Virus record (IMG/VR): IMGVR_UViG_3300030613_000006
DNA length: 41,399 bases
Reading direction: 5' to 3' (one strand)
From: a virus
Both the position numbers and the translations under genes were made by a program. This document shows, piece after piece, positions 22,188-30,622 of the stretch. Within the stretch, counting starts at the first letter, position 1. The number at the start of each line of letters is the position of its first letter. The notes beneath the pieces were generated by a model. That model was not told the origin of the DNA, did no database searches, and saw only the letters and a program-made list of their open reading frames with translations.

Positions 22188-23285
22188 ATGCCATTACCAA
22201 AAGTTGACACAAAGGAATGGGGGGCTGAGGTTAAGGCCTACCTTTCTTCCACCCCTGAGTGGAGAGATAAGCGAGCCAAAGAATTAAATATGCAGAGACA
22301 CAGCTACGAGAAGCGCATGAGGGAGAGGGGAATTAAGATGAGTGGTGGGATAGTCCCACCGCCTGAACCGGAAAGAGTCGAGCGTATCCCTTACCCCGAC
22401 CTTAACATAAAACCATTCAAGCCTGCGGCGAAACAGAGGGATGAAGAGGATATTATTCTCGTCCTATCTGACCACCACATCGGGCGAGAGACATCGACCT
22501 ACAATCCCGCCATCTACAAAACCCGCATGGATTACCTTTTAGATTCCGCCATGACTATTATCAATCTTCACCGCCCGATTAGGAAGGCTTATGTTTTTGC
22601 TTTGGGTGATATGGTTCACGGCGAATCAGTCTACAAGGGCGGGCACATTGAGGAATGCAAGGTGGGAGCTTATGGGCAGATTCACGAACACGCCGTACCT
22701 GTCTTGAGCGAATTCTTGGCATCTTTGTCTCAAGGTGTTAGTGAGATAGAATGGTACGGAGTCAGGGGCAACCACGGGCGATATGACAAAACTGCTGTAA
22801 CCCGCACTAACTGGGATAATTTCCTTTATAAAGAATTGGAATCACAACTTAAGAACCAAAAGAACATTAAAATCAATGTCTCTACCGATTTCTACCAGCT
22901 CGTAACTATCCGAGGTTTCCGCTTTTTCCTGATACATGGCGACCAAGTGCGAGCCAATCAGGGCGTTCCTTTATTCGCTCTCAGGCGGAAGTACCAAGAG
23001 TATTATGCTTATGTAGGCGGATTCCATTATGCCTATAACGGGCATTGGCACGTTGGCGGAAAAGACCACATCAATTCGATAGCTGATTATACAATGTGTC
23101 CGCCGTTGGTTACTGGTGATGAGTGGGCATTAGAGGTCATCGGCAGAGCATCTAGCCCTGTCCAATTAGCTTGTGGAGTTCATCCTCGGTACGGACGCAC
23201 CTTTGAATACCACCTGCAAACCGATAAGTGCTTCTTGCCCCAACCCTTTGCAAATGGGGGGGTTAGTATTGACAGACCCAGTTGA
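22188..23285 (+). CDS. Calcineurin-like metallophosphoesterase (SbcD/Mre11-like nuclease or phosphatase) with a ~90-aa N-terminal extension
   Basis: Ordered motifs LSDHHIG, GDMVHG, GNHGR, LIHGD and GHWH match the DxH / GDxxxG / GNHx / H / GHxH signature. Confidence 0.75.
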   Translation: MPLPKVDTKEWGAEVKAYLSSTPEWRDKRAKELNMQRHSYEKRMRERGIKMSGGIVPPPEPERVERIPYPDLNIKPFKPAAKQRDEEDIILVLSDHHIGRETSTYNPAIYKTRMDYLLDSAMTIINLHRPIRKAYVFALGDMVHGESVYKGGHIEECKVGAYGQIHEHAVPVLSEFLASLSQGVSEIEWYGVRGNHGRYDKTAVTRTNWDNFLYKELESQLKNQKNIKINVSTDFYQLVTIRGFRFFLIHGDQVRANQGVPLFALRRKYQEYYAYVGGFHYAYNGHWHVGGKDHINSIADYTMCPPLVTGDEWALEVIGRASSPVQLACGVHPRYGRTFEYHLQTDKCFLPQPFANGGVSIDRPS

Positions 23286-23479
23286 AAGGTGTACCATAAA
23301 ATGAGCGAAAGGGGGTGATGTGAAGTGACGCCATTTGACGATCCTCGGCGTACCCCTACCGGGCAACAGTCGGGACACGGAGCGACTTAAAATAACGAGC
23401 CTGTTAAACAAAAGTTGAATAACAGAAGTTCTTATTAAACAAATGTCGAGTAAAGTTTAACAAAAGGGTGGCACCAACC

Positions 23480-23519
23480 CGTACCTAAATTGGGTACGTG
23501 AGTACCTGAATTGGGTACG
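23480..23519. promoter_or_regulatory. Two tandem 17-bp near-palindromic operator-like sites (GTACCTAAATTGGGTAC, GTACCTGAATTGGGTAC)
   Basis: Sites at 23481-23497 and 23502-23518, 21 nt start to start. They lie 48-85 nt upstream of the ATG at 23566. Confidence 0.55.
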
Positions 23520-23565
23520 GTAAATATACAAGGTAATCTTACAAATTAAAAGGAGGTTTTCAGGC

Positions 23566-23694
23566 ATGGAGATTCAGGACATATTGTGGCCGATTATAGC
23601 ACCAATGTACTATCTTGTTAAATATTGCTTTGTTTGGATATTTGCAGGAAGTATTGCTGTTATAGTCTGGAACATCAAAAAACGAAAATCATAA
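23566..23694 (+). CDS. Small membrane protein (42 aa), holin-like by size and topology only
   Basis: AAAGGAGG RBS, one or two hydrophobic segments and a basic C-terminus (KKRKS). Below the track cutoff. Confidence 0.5.
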   Translation: MEIQDILWPIIAPMYYLVKYCFVWIFAGSIAVIVWNIKKRKS

Positions 23695-23719
23695 ATAAAA
23701 GTAAAAAGGAGGAAAAACA

Positions 23720-24436
23720 ATGAACATTAAGGAAATTGCAGCAGGAGTCATAGACTTCATTAAGGGGCTGATGCAGCCAGCGATAACATTTGTGGCAATC
23801 GTTGTGTTTCTCACGCTGGCTAAAAGCGGGTATGACCCAGACAAAATTTTCGCAGTAGTAGGCGTTGTGATTCTGTTCTGGTTCGGTTACACCGCAATCA
23901 AAAACTTCAACTTCAACGGCAAGAACGGGACCGAACCCCCAAAAGCTAACGGCGGACAGGCAGTAAATTCTACTGCGGATGCGGTAAATAATACTGCGGT
24001 GTCCGCAGATACCGTTAAATTAGCAGGCAAGGGACTTGGTACTTTTGACCGCAAGAAATTCATAGACGAGGTCTATGCCGATGTGGTGGGGAAGTACGGC
24101 AAGAAAAACAAAAACAACTGTACGGTATTCTACGAGGCGCAGGACAAAATATCCGGCGTAGCCGCTCCCTGGAAGTTCAGCAATAAGCAAGCCCTAAGAG
24201 AGGCCTGGGCGTGTGTTAAAGACTTGGCAGAAAACGCTTTCTTCGAGATTTGGGGGGCTACCTATGCGGACGCTTTGGCTAACCTAGACAATGAAAGTGG
24301 TTGCCCGACTTGCAATAACCCCAAAGCCTGCACGTTTTCGAACATAGACTCAAAGGCTAGATACATGGGTATGGAATACTACGCCATACTTCGGGATTAC
24401 CGCAGGGTATCTAAAACCTTAGCAGATTTGGGATAA
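23720..24436 (+). CDS. Membrane-anchored protein (238 aa; 2 N-terminal TM helices plus a ~160-aa Cys-containing soluble domain)
   Basis: AAAGGAGG RBS. Hydrophobic stretches ITFVAIVVFLTLA and IFAVVGVVILFWFGYTAI. Confidence 0.7.
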   Translation: MNIKEIAAGVIDFIKGLMQPAITFVAIVVFLTLAKSGYDPDKIFAVVGVVILFWFGYTAIKNFNFNGKNGTEPPKANGGQAVNSTADAVNNTAVSADTVKLAGKGLGTFDRKKFIDEVYADVVGKYGKKNKNNCTVFYEAQDKISGVAAPWKFSNKQALREAWACVKDLAENAFFEIWGATYADALANLDNESGCPTCNNPKACTFSNIDSKARYMGMEYYAILRDYRRVSKTLADLG

Positions 24437-24439
24437 GCT

Positions 24440-25021
24440 ATGAGAAAATTACTCTGGCTTATCCCTATCCTCTTGCTCTTGTCCTGCTCGCCTTGCCCAC
24501 CGTGTGACCAGCAATCATCCTACAGGGATGGGCAGAATAGCATCCTTTCAAACCTGAACGTAGAGAGCATACCCGACTCCATTTATAAGGAAATCTACGA
24601 TATGGGGTACAGGCACGGGCAGATGTGCCCGTCCTGTGACCTCTGTATCGTGTACCCCGAACGTCAAGCGGTATTTGACTTTCTAGAGACGGACAAGACA
24701 AATGAGCTGGAATATTCCCTAGAGAATAATTGCGCCGAGTTCGCTGATATTCTGATTGAACACGCATGGGCGAGCGGAATCCCAGCCTATGTTTGCCAGG
24801 TGGATTGTAAGGAATGGGTAGACAGTAGTGGCAACCAGGAAAGCCACATAATCGTTGCCTTTGCCATCTGCGAGGATCGTGAAGTGAAATTACTTTATAT
24901 CGAACCGCAGAATGACGGTGAGGTAAAAGACCTCGAGGTTGGCAAGCAACCATACATTTGCAAAGACGCCTTCTGCGAGTTTACTAATATCACAGTTACA
25001 AAGGTTAGGGTGTTTAGATAG
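24440..25021 (+). CDS. Lipoprotein with a transglutaminase-like cysteine peptidase core
   Basis: Signal peptide plus lipobox MRKLLWLIPILLLLSC. The core NCAEFADIL.....SGIPAYV......SHIIVAF......YIEPQ matches the C..FA / GIPA / H / D(E)P pattern of the transglutaminase-like superfamily. Confidence 0.6.
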   Translation: MRKLLWLIPILLLLSCSPCPPCDQQSSYRDGQNSILSNLNVESIPDSIYKEIYDMGYRHGQMCPSCDLCIVYPERQAVFDFLETDKTNELEYSLENNCAEFADILIEHAWASGIPAYVCQVDCKEWVDSSGNQESHIIVAFAICEDREVKLLYIEPQNDGEVKDLEVGKQPYICKDAFCEFTNITVTKVRVFR

Positions 25022-25031
25022 GGAGGATAAA

Positions 25032-25136
25032 ATGGATATAGCTCTTATTGCATTTTTTGTTGGACTCTTTTTGATTGGTGCGGCTGCGGGTTACGTCTGG
25101 GGCAGATGGGATGGAGCAACAAAGGGTTGGCATTGA
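25032..25136 (+). CDS. Small membrane peptide (34 aa, MDIALIAFFVGLFLIGAAAGYVWGRWDGATKGWH)
   Basis: GGGAGGATAAA RBS and one TM helix. The track version 24939..25136 starts inside the upstream gene. Confidence 0.5.
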   Translation: MDIALIAFFVGLFLIGAAAGYVWGRWDGATKGWH

Positions 25137-25552
25137 TGTGCAAACTATTCACACCGCCAACGGTTACTACGGTAATGTCCTCCACTACGGTATTCGCAGG
25201 CTTTAGTGGGCTTTCAAATACCGGCGCAGAGGACGAATGGTACCACTGCGCTGAAATAAAACAGGTTATGCAATGGTGCTATGCTTGTCGGTCAGAATGT
25301 CCGTCTTATGAGTCCAATTCAGAAAGTGAACAGGGTTTTAACTGTGATGATTTTGCTAAGTGTTTTGCTGCCTATTGCCGGCGGAAGAAATACTCTAACG
25401 CAGTCTGGGAAGCCTGGGGTGATTGTGATGGCGTATCCCATGCTTGGAGCGTTGTTCAATGCCCAGACGGGAAGTACGAGATAGAACCACAGACAGGTGT
25501 AGTCTGGCCTTTCAAGAGCAATCCCAATTACAAGGCAAGAGTAATAAAGTAA
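25136..25552 (+). CDS. Transglutaminase-like cysteine peptidase paralog (138 aa from MCKLF)
   Basis: NCDDFAKCF......VSHAWSVV....KYEIEPQ parallels the core of 24440..25021. The ATG overlaps the upstream TGA (TGATG). Confidence 0.55.
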   Translation: MCKLFTPPTVTTVMSSTTVFAGFSGLSNTGAEDEWYHCAEIKQVMQWCYACRSECPSYESNSESEQGFNCDDFAKCFAAYCRRKKYSNAVWEAWGDCDGVSHAWSVVQCPDGKYEIEPQTGVVWPFKSNPNYKARVIK

Positions 25553-25569
25553 TCCAACACTGATGGAAA

Positions 25570-25779
25570 ATGAAAGACCCTGACGACAACATAAAAACGT
25601 ATCCCGATATCCCAGGGATACTCGATTCTTTAGAGAACCGTTGTATCTTGCTTCGTCACATTATCCCCCTTACAGAACATCAGCCCGAACTAGAACGGTG
25701 CATCTTTACCCTACTGGAGGATAACTACCGTACCTGTCAGGTTTTGGTGGACGCCTTCGCCATTGATGGTGAGGAGTGA
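25570..25779 (+). CDS. Hypothetical acidic protein (69 aa)
   Basis: ORF in the gene-dense plus arm. The RBS is weak. Confidence 0.45.
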   Translation: MKDPDDNIKTYPDIPGILDSLENRCILLRHIIPLTEHQPELERCIFTLLEDNYRTCQVLVDAFAIDGEE

Positions 25780-25864
25780 CCTGACGCCCTGTAGTTCGAT
25801 TTTAAGCCCCTTAAAGGCAAAACGAATAGAAAGACACACAACCAAGTAAAAACAGGGAGAAAAG

Positions 25865-26074
25865 ATGACAGACGAAATAAAGCGATGTTCTTGCGGACGG
25901 GTAGCCAGATTTATGATCTGCAAGGTTGACAAAAAAACAAATATTCCGGGCCCCTCGTTGCCTGTCTGTGGAACATGCGACAGTGAAATCGGCATAAAGA
26001 ATCTAGTTGCATGTGGTGTTGGAAGGGGTGAAGCTGAGAAGATAAACCGAGAAGTAAAGAAGGTAAAGGCGTGA
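25865..26074 (+). CDS. Zinc-ribbon protein (69 aa; CSCG...CGTC)
   Basis: AGGGAGAAAAG RBS. Confidence 0.6.
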   Translation: MTDEIKRCSCGRVARFMICKVDKKTNIPGPSLPVCGTCDSEIGIKNLVACGVGRGEAEKINREVKKVKA

Positions 26075-26250
26075 GAATACCTATTAGACTTCGGATGCTA
26101 TGGCATGTGCTTTTAGGCAGACCCCTAATCTGGAAATGTAAATTTGATTGTAGGAATACGCCGGGGGTTATATTGGATGCGAAGAATCGGAATGTTATGA
26201 TTTATGACTGCCGTTTTGCGGGGGACTCTCAACATGATATTAGCTCTTGA
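26071..26250 (+). CDS. Hypothetical protein (59 aa, VRIPIRLRMLWHVLLGRPLIWKCKFDC...)
   Basis: GTG start overlapping the upstream TGA (GTGA). One codon below the track cutoff. Fills the 26075-26203 gap. Confidence 0.4.
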   Translation: MRIPIRLRMLWHVLLGRPLIWKCKFDCRNTPGVILDAKNRNVMIYDCRFAGDSQHDISS

Positions 26251-26680
26251 CTGTGCAACAAAGACTGGCTGGTGTCTATGGGACAAGGGGGGGGTTGTGG
26301 AGTCGGGCACAGAGGACTTCAGCAAACAACGTGGCGAATCCAACGGCATGATGTTTCTAAGATTCAGAATATGGCTTACCAAGATGCTTCTTCGGGATAT
26401 TAACCTTGTTATCTATGAACAGGCACACCACAGGGGCGGAGCAGCTACTGAAATATGTGTCAACCTGACCGGCAGAGTTCAAGAGATGTGCGAAGAGTTA
26501 AGGATTGAATATACTACTATTCATACAGCCACCTTAAAGAAGTGGGCTACTGGATGCGGTAATGCGGATAAGGGGGAGATGATGGTTCGGGCTGGCATAG
26601 AGCTAGGTCGCAGACCCGTAGATGACAACGAGGCCGATGCCGTCCTTATGGCAAAGTGGGCTTCGGAGAAGTACAGTTAG
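26234..26680 (+). CDS. ruvC: RuvC-like Holliday junction resolvase
   Basis: MILALDCATKTGW (first catalytic Asp context) and a C-terminal DDNEADAVLMAKWA (RuvC D..AD signature). An alternative in-frame start lies at 26204. Confidence 0.7.
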   Translation: MILALDCATKTGWCLWDKGGVVESGTEDFSKQRGESNGMMFLRFRIWLTKMLLRDINLVIYEQAHHRGGAATEICVNLTGRVQEMCEELRIEYTTIHTATLKKWATGCGNADKGEMMVRAGIELGRRPVDDNEADAVLMAKWASEKYS

Positions 26681-26773
26681 ACTGAATTATTCACTGCATT
26701 TATGTGGGGGAAAATATAGCTTAAAAACATTCCAGCAATGCGGACAGTATTTTGGTACGAAAGCAGTCGTCCC

Positions 26774-27049
26774 CTAGAATACACCTCTTGTAATTAAAGC
26801 AATAGCCAATGTACCAAGATTAGTTACCACAACAATTATTAAAGCATTACGAAGTGAAATAGAGCCTTGTAATTTAGTATTAGCTAACCCGTTCTGAACA
26901 GTCTGGCGTTTCAAAATACTTTTTATCTCGTTGCCATGTTCTGCGCATGGGAGCTTGTCGATCTTCCCGTCCATCTCCCCTACTTGCTTTTCAATGGCTT
27001 CTACTGTCCCCTGTAATTTACCAATCATAAGTTCTATCGAATCACTCAT
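26774..27049 (-). CDS. XhlA-like membrane protein (coiled-coil N-terminus plus C-terminal TM); possible lysis accessory or holin-like protein
   Basis: The architecture (MSDSIELMIGKLQGTVEAIEKQV... then ALIIVVVTNLGTLAIALI) matches the XhlA/BhlA-type small proteins found after tail fibre genes. AAGGA RBS. Confidence 0.4.
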   Translation of the reverse strand: MSDSIELMIGKLQGTVEAIEKQVGEMDGKIDKLPCAEHGNEIKSILKRQTVQNGLANTKLQGSISLRNALIIVVVTNLGTLAIALITRGVF

Positions 27050-27054
27050 TGGAC

Positions 27055-27378
27055 TTATCCTTTCGCTTTATCCTCTAGGACTGTTACCTTATCCTTTAGG
27101 TCATCAATCTCCTTCCCGAAATCTCTCGGCTCTTTATATTCCGTCAAGACTAATCCGAGGTCGTCAATAAACAAGTCTTTCTCCACCGGTTCACCATCAA
27201 TATCCTCGTATTCTCTGTGGATGGTTTTGTCCTCACACCACACATAACCCGCTTTGGATAGGTCGTTGATTATTACTGTCCCGTCAAGCAGGAGTTTCCC
27301 CTTGTCCTCTTTGACTTTAGGAAAGCCCCTAATCGCTTGGAGAAATCTCCTGTCTTTCAAAAGATAAAGAACTATCAT
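27055..27378 (-). CDS. Hypothetical protein downstream of the tailspike (107 aa)
   Basis: ATGA overlap with the tailspike stop. Confidence 0.6.
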   Translation of the reverse strand: MIVLYLLKDRRFLQAIRGFPKVKEDKGKLLLDGTVIINDLSKAGYVWCEDKTIHREYEDIDGEPVEKDLFIDDLGLVLTEYKEPRDFGKEIDDLKDKVTVLEDKAKG

Positions 27379-30300
27379 GCTATGTAAGCTCCTTCGGTTG
27401 TACCAACGGGGTCAACTGGGGTAATGGCATTGTTAGTTAAATAGGCCGTTTCGATTGCGGAGTTATACGTGGCATACAGTCCTTTAGTAACGGAGTTCTC
27501 AATGGTAGACCTTGATATATAAGCCCAACTCATTTCTTCTGAGACGATGGCGGCAGAGAAGTCATCAATATAACTATAAGACACTAGCCCCCCTGCAAAC
27601 CGATAAACATAGAATCCGTTTCCCGTCCCGTTCATAACACCGTATCTGGAGTCGGCATAAGAGCCAGAGGATGATACTATTGTTCCCGTACTCCCCACAC
27701 CAATATAACAATAGTAGGTATAGAGAAGGCTGGTTACTGATGCCAAAAGACCGCCATCACAATTCTCAAATATGCAACCGTATAACCGCCAGTTGCGGCA
27801 GGAAGAGATATTCAGGCAGTAACCGTCCGAAAAAGTAACACGAAGACCGTTTATGCGAACATTGTTAATACTCGTAGCGGAGAAACAGGCATTCCTTGCC
27901 GTCCCCGCATCAGTCCCGTTATCAGACCCGCTTATTTCAGATTTAGCAATAGTGTATCGCCAACCCGTTGTCGGGGTTTTGGTTAATGTCGTCCCCACGT
28001 TATCAGGCAGTCCTGCAATATCATCTACCGTCCCGATTTCATAATCCTGCGCTCGACCATTAGCACCGTTGAAATCTTCTATAAAAACCCTATCCCCAAT
28101 TTCCACATTGGCTAATAAGCCCGTATCTACAATCTTCCCCGCTACGGCATTGGCTTCACAGTCACCGTACCAGTAATATTCAGCTTCTATTACGAGTGAG
28201 CCTAGAATCGCATGTGCGGGATTTACCGTAGGGTTGGAATTCAGATAAACAGTTTCTCTATATGGGGTAGCCTCGATAACATAATCCTCGTTACCATCAG
28301 GGAATGTATCTGCGGCTAGCGTTACGTCACCAGCATCATTGTAAGCCGTGATAACCCCCCACGTTCCGTCAGTTACATTGAAAACCCCTTTACCCACATC
28401 ACCAGCCACGAACTGGGAACTGGTATCGTCCTGTAAATGATTGGCTACGTCGCCGTCGGCTGCGCCTGTTTTCTTTGTGCCGTTGCAGACTTTTATTGTA
28501 TAGGCGTGTAAAATAATATCTTCCATTGAATCTACGGCAGCTTGGATTGTAGTGAATCCATTAGCTTTTGAGGTTCCGTCATCATCTCCCACGGCTTCAC
28601 CCCAGACATAGATTATTTTATCCGCAGTAGAAACCGAGGCGATTGTTCCTGTGCCTACACCATGAACACCTGTGGCAGCTGCGTTATGGTCAAAAGCCCA
28701 GTTAGAACTTATGGGTGCGGTGGTTTCGCCATCAACAGGAGCATCATCTATGTCTACTACCATTAGTGCCCCAGCAGCAGCCACGTTAGCAGCATCGGTT
28801 ACATCAGCGGCAGCTTCTATGCCAGCTAATTTCGCCGCATCACCAACCGCAAGGCCAGCAGCTTCACTGGCTATGAATACTGGGTCAGTCTCGGCGTCAT
28901 TTACCTGTGCTCCCGCCTCAATACCGTCAAGTTTAGTTATCTGTGCAGCCGTAGCGTGCCCCTGCTGGGCAGCCGTGGCATCCTTGACGCAATGGTCGTA
29001 AAAAGCATTTGAAGTCGGGGCTAGTTTTACTTCTGCATTTGTGCCGCCCGCCGTATCATCCAGGTTGTACCGTGTGGCTGTACCGCCGTCATTGAATGCC
29101 CCTGTCCCGAAACCATCATCATACAGGTCGTTGTTAATGACTAGGTTGCCATCGCAATTCGCATTGGCGATATTGATTCCGTAGCGGGGTTTTTTGGTTA
29201 ATGTCCCGGCCCTACAAGTGTTTCCCTGAACATTGTTGTAGTTAGCGTCATTGTTCAGGCATATATCATCGTCAGTATTAGTTGTATCCTGTGAGTTAGC
29301 CGTGCAAATGTTCCCGACAACATTATTATTATTCCCACCGTTAATATAAATTCCTTCCCCGCCGCTGGTACGGACAACATTGTTGGAGACATTGTTATGC
29401 TTCCCGTCAATCTCAATTCCTATGTCGGTACTGGACTGAACGGTATTATTGGAAACATTGTTATTGTCCGCATCGACATAAATCCCATAGTAGTTATTCT
29501 GGAGGACATTGCCTGAGATGGTGTTGTTAGCAGGGTTTTCATCATTCCCCCTGATGTCAATTCCCGTATCATCGCTTCCCTCAATGACATTCAACGATAT
29601 GGTGTTATTGCCGCCATCAAGGTAAATTCCCTTAAAGCAGTTCTGGATTATGTTCTGGGATAGCGTGTTGTTATTACTGGTATTAACATCAAGCCCCTCG
29701 TAATCATTATCCTGAAGGGTGTTATTGACTATGCGGTTGAAATCGGAATTAACCATGCGGATACCGTCATGGTAGCCAGCATTATTTCTTCTTATGTATG
29801 TATTGTAGACTACGCTATAATCCACATAGCTAAACGAGATTCCAACGGAACTAACGGTAGCCCCGTCTATCTGTAAATCGGAAATTGTTATACCTGTCTT
29901 TTCTGTTCCACTTCCACCAACAGCACTCAAAAATACAAGGCTGGCAGTAGCGGTGGTTAAAATGGTATTGATGCCGCAGCCTCTCAATGTCTGGTTAGAA
30001 TCAAGTGTGATGGCAACCTGGCAATTATAAGTCCCATCAAGTAACCTAACCTCACCACCTGTTGCGGGCAACGCATCAAGTGCTGCCTGGATTTCTACAT
30101 GGTCATTCGTTCCATCGCAGACATAATCAGCCCCAGATTTTAATGCAGCCACCGTATCATTGGCAGCTACGGTAAGGGCGACTCCACCACCAGCCTCAGC
30201 ATCTACATAGGCTTTGACTGATTGTTGGGTAGGGACTTTGGTAGCATCATTCCCCAACATATCATCTTGGTCTAATACCCACCCACATGCTGAAACATTG

Positions 30301-30614
30301 GTGTCTGCATTGGCAGTGTATTGTGTATGGTCATCATCTGCCAATCCAGTTAAACCTCCGTGGTCGGCAGAAATAGGACTTGCTTCTAGAAAAATATCAT
30401 TCCGCCATTCTACTGTAAACGGTGCTTTATAAATCTTGATATGGACTACCGTGCCCGCATCAGGCAGTGCGGTGAAAGCAGCCTCTCCATTAGTATCGGT
30501 GTACTGTGTCTCGGCAACCGCATCAGTCGTGGCGTTAATACCCTCACACTTTATACCAAGTAAAGGTTCACCTCTTTTATTAACTACCTTCTTTAGATTG
30601 AAAGCTCTAGCCAT
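27375..30614 (-). CDS. Tailspike/tail fibre with a right-handed parallel beta-helix (1079 aa)
   Basis: Long run of PbH1-type repeats (NNTISGNVLQNNYYGIYVDADNNNVSNNTVQSS...). HGGLTGLADDDHTQY fibre motif. VPTQQSVKAYVD collar-like motif. KLDGIEAGAQVN / KLAGIEAAADVT fibre repeats. A Cys-rich second beta-helix-like C-terminal domain. Confidence 0.85.
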   Translation of the reverse strand: MARAFNLKKVVNKRGEPLLGIKCEGINATTDAVAETQYTDTNGEAAFTALPDAGTVVHIKIYKAPFTVEWRNDIFLEASPISADHGGLTGLADDDHTQYTANADTNVSACGWVLDQDDMLGNDATKVPTQQSVKAYVDAEAGGGVALTVAANDTVAALKSGADYVCDGTNDHVEIQAALDALPATGGEVRLLDGTYNCQVAITLDSNQTLRGCGINTILTTATASLVFLSAVGGSGTEKTGITISDLQIDGATVSSVGISFSYVDYSVVYNTYIRRNNAGYHDGIRMVNSDFNRIVNNTLQDNDYEGLDVNTSNNNTLSQNIIQNCFKGIYLDGGNNTISLNVIEGSDDTGIDIRGNDENPANNTISGNVLQNNYYGIYVDADNNNVSNNTVQSSTDIGIEIDGKHNNVSNNVVRTSGGEGIYINGGNNNNVVGNICTANSQDTTNTDDDICLNNDANYNNVQGNTCRAGTLTKKPRYGINIANANCDGNLVINNDLYDDGFGTGAFNDGGTATRYNLDDTAGGTNAEVKLAPTSNAFYDHCVKDATAAQQGHATAAQITKLDGIEAGAQVNDAETDPVFIASEAAGLAVGDAAKLAGIEAAADVTDAANVAAAGALMVVDIDDAPVDGETTAPISSNWAFDHNAAATGVHGVGTGTIASVSTADKIIYVWGEAVGDDDGTSKANGFTTIQAAVDSMEDIILHAYTIKVCNGTKKTGAADGDVANHLQDDTSSQFVAGDVGKGVFNVTDGTWGVITAYNDAGDVTLAADTFPDGNEDYVIEATPYRETVYLNSNPTVNPAHAILGSLVIEAEYYWYGDCEANAVAGKIVDTGLLANVEIGDRVFIEDFNGANGRAQDYEIGTVDDIAGLPDNVGTTLTKTPTTGWRYTIAKSEISGSDNGTDAGTARNACFSATSINNVRINGLRVTFSDGYCLNISSCRNWRLYGCIFENCDGGLLASVTSLLYTYYCYIGVGSTGTIVSSSGSYADSRYGVMNGTGNGFYVYRFAGGLVSYSYIDDFSAAIVSEEMSWAYISRSTIENSVTKGLYATYNSAIETAYLTNNAITPVDPVGTTEGAYIA

Positions 30615-30622
30615 CTAATCTC

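Noticed and set aside
24465-24953. 162-aa minus-strand ORF antisense to the lipoprotein gene; similarly 14631..15026, 20757..21158, 20800..21108, 28672..29001, 32153..32518, 39260..39703 and 9537..9779
   Set aside because: They have no ribosome-binding sites and Arg/Ser/Pro- or Ala-rich shadow composition. Each is fully contained in a better-supported gene on the other strand or frame.
26681-26773. Bidirectional terminator at the convergence point of the two arms
   Set aside because: It is expected on architectural grounds, but I could not find a convincing stem-loop or U/A tracts in these 93 nt.
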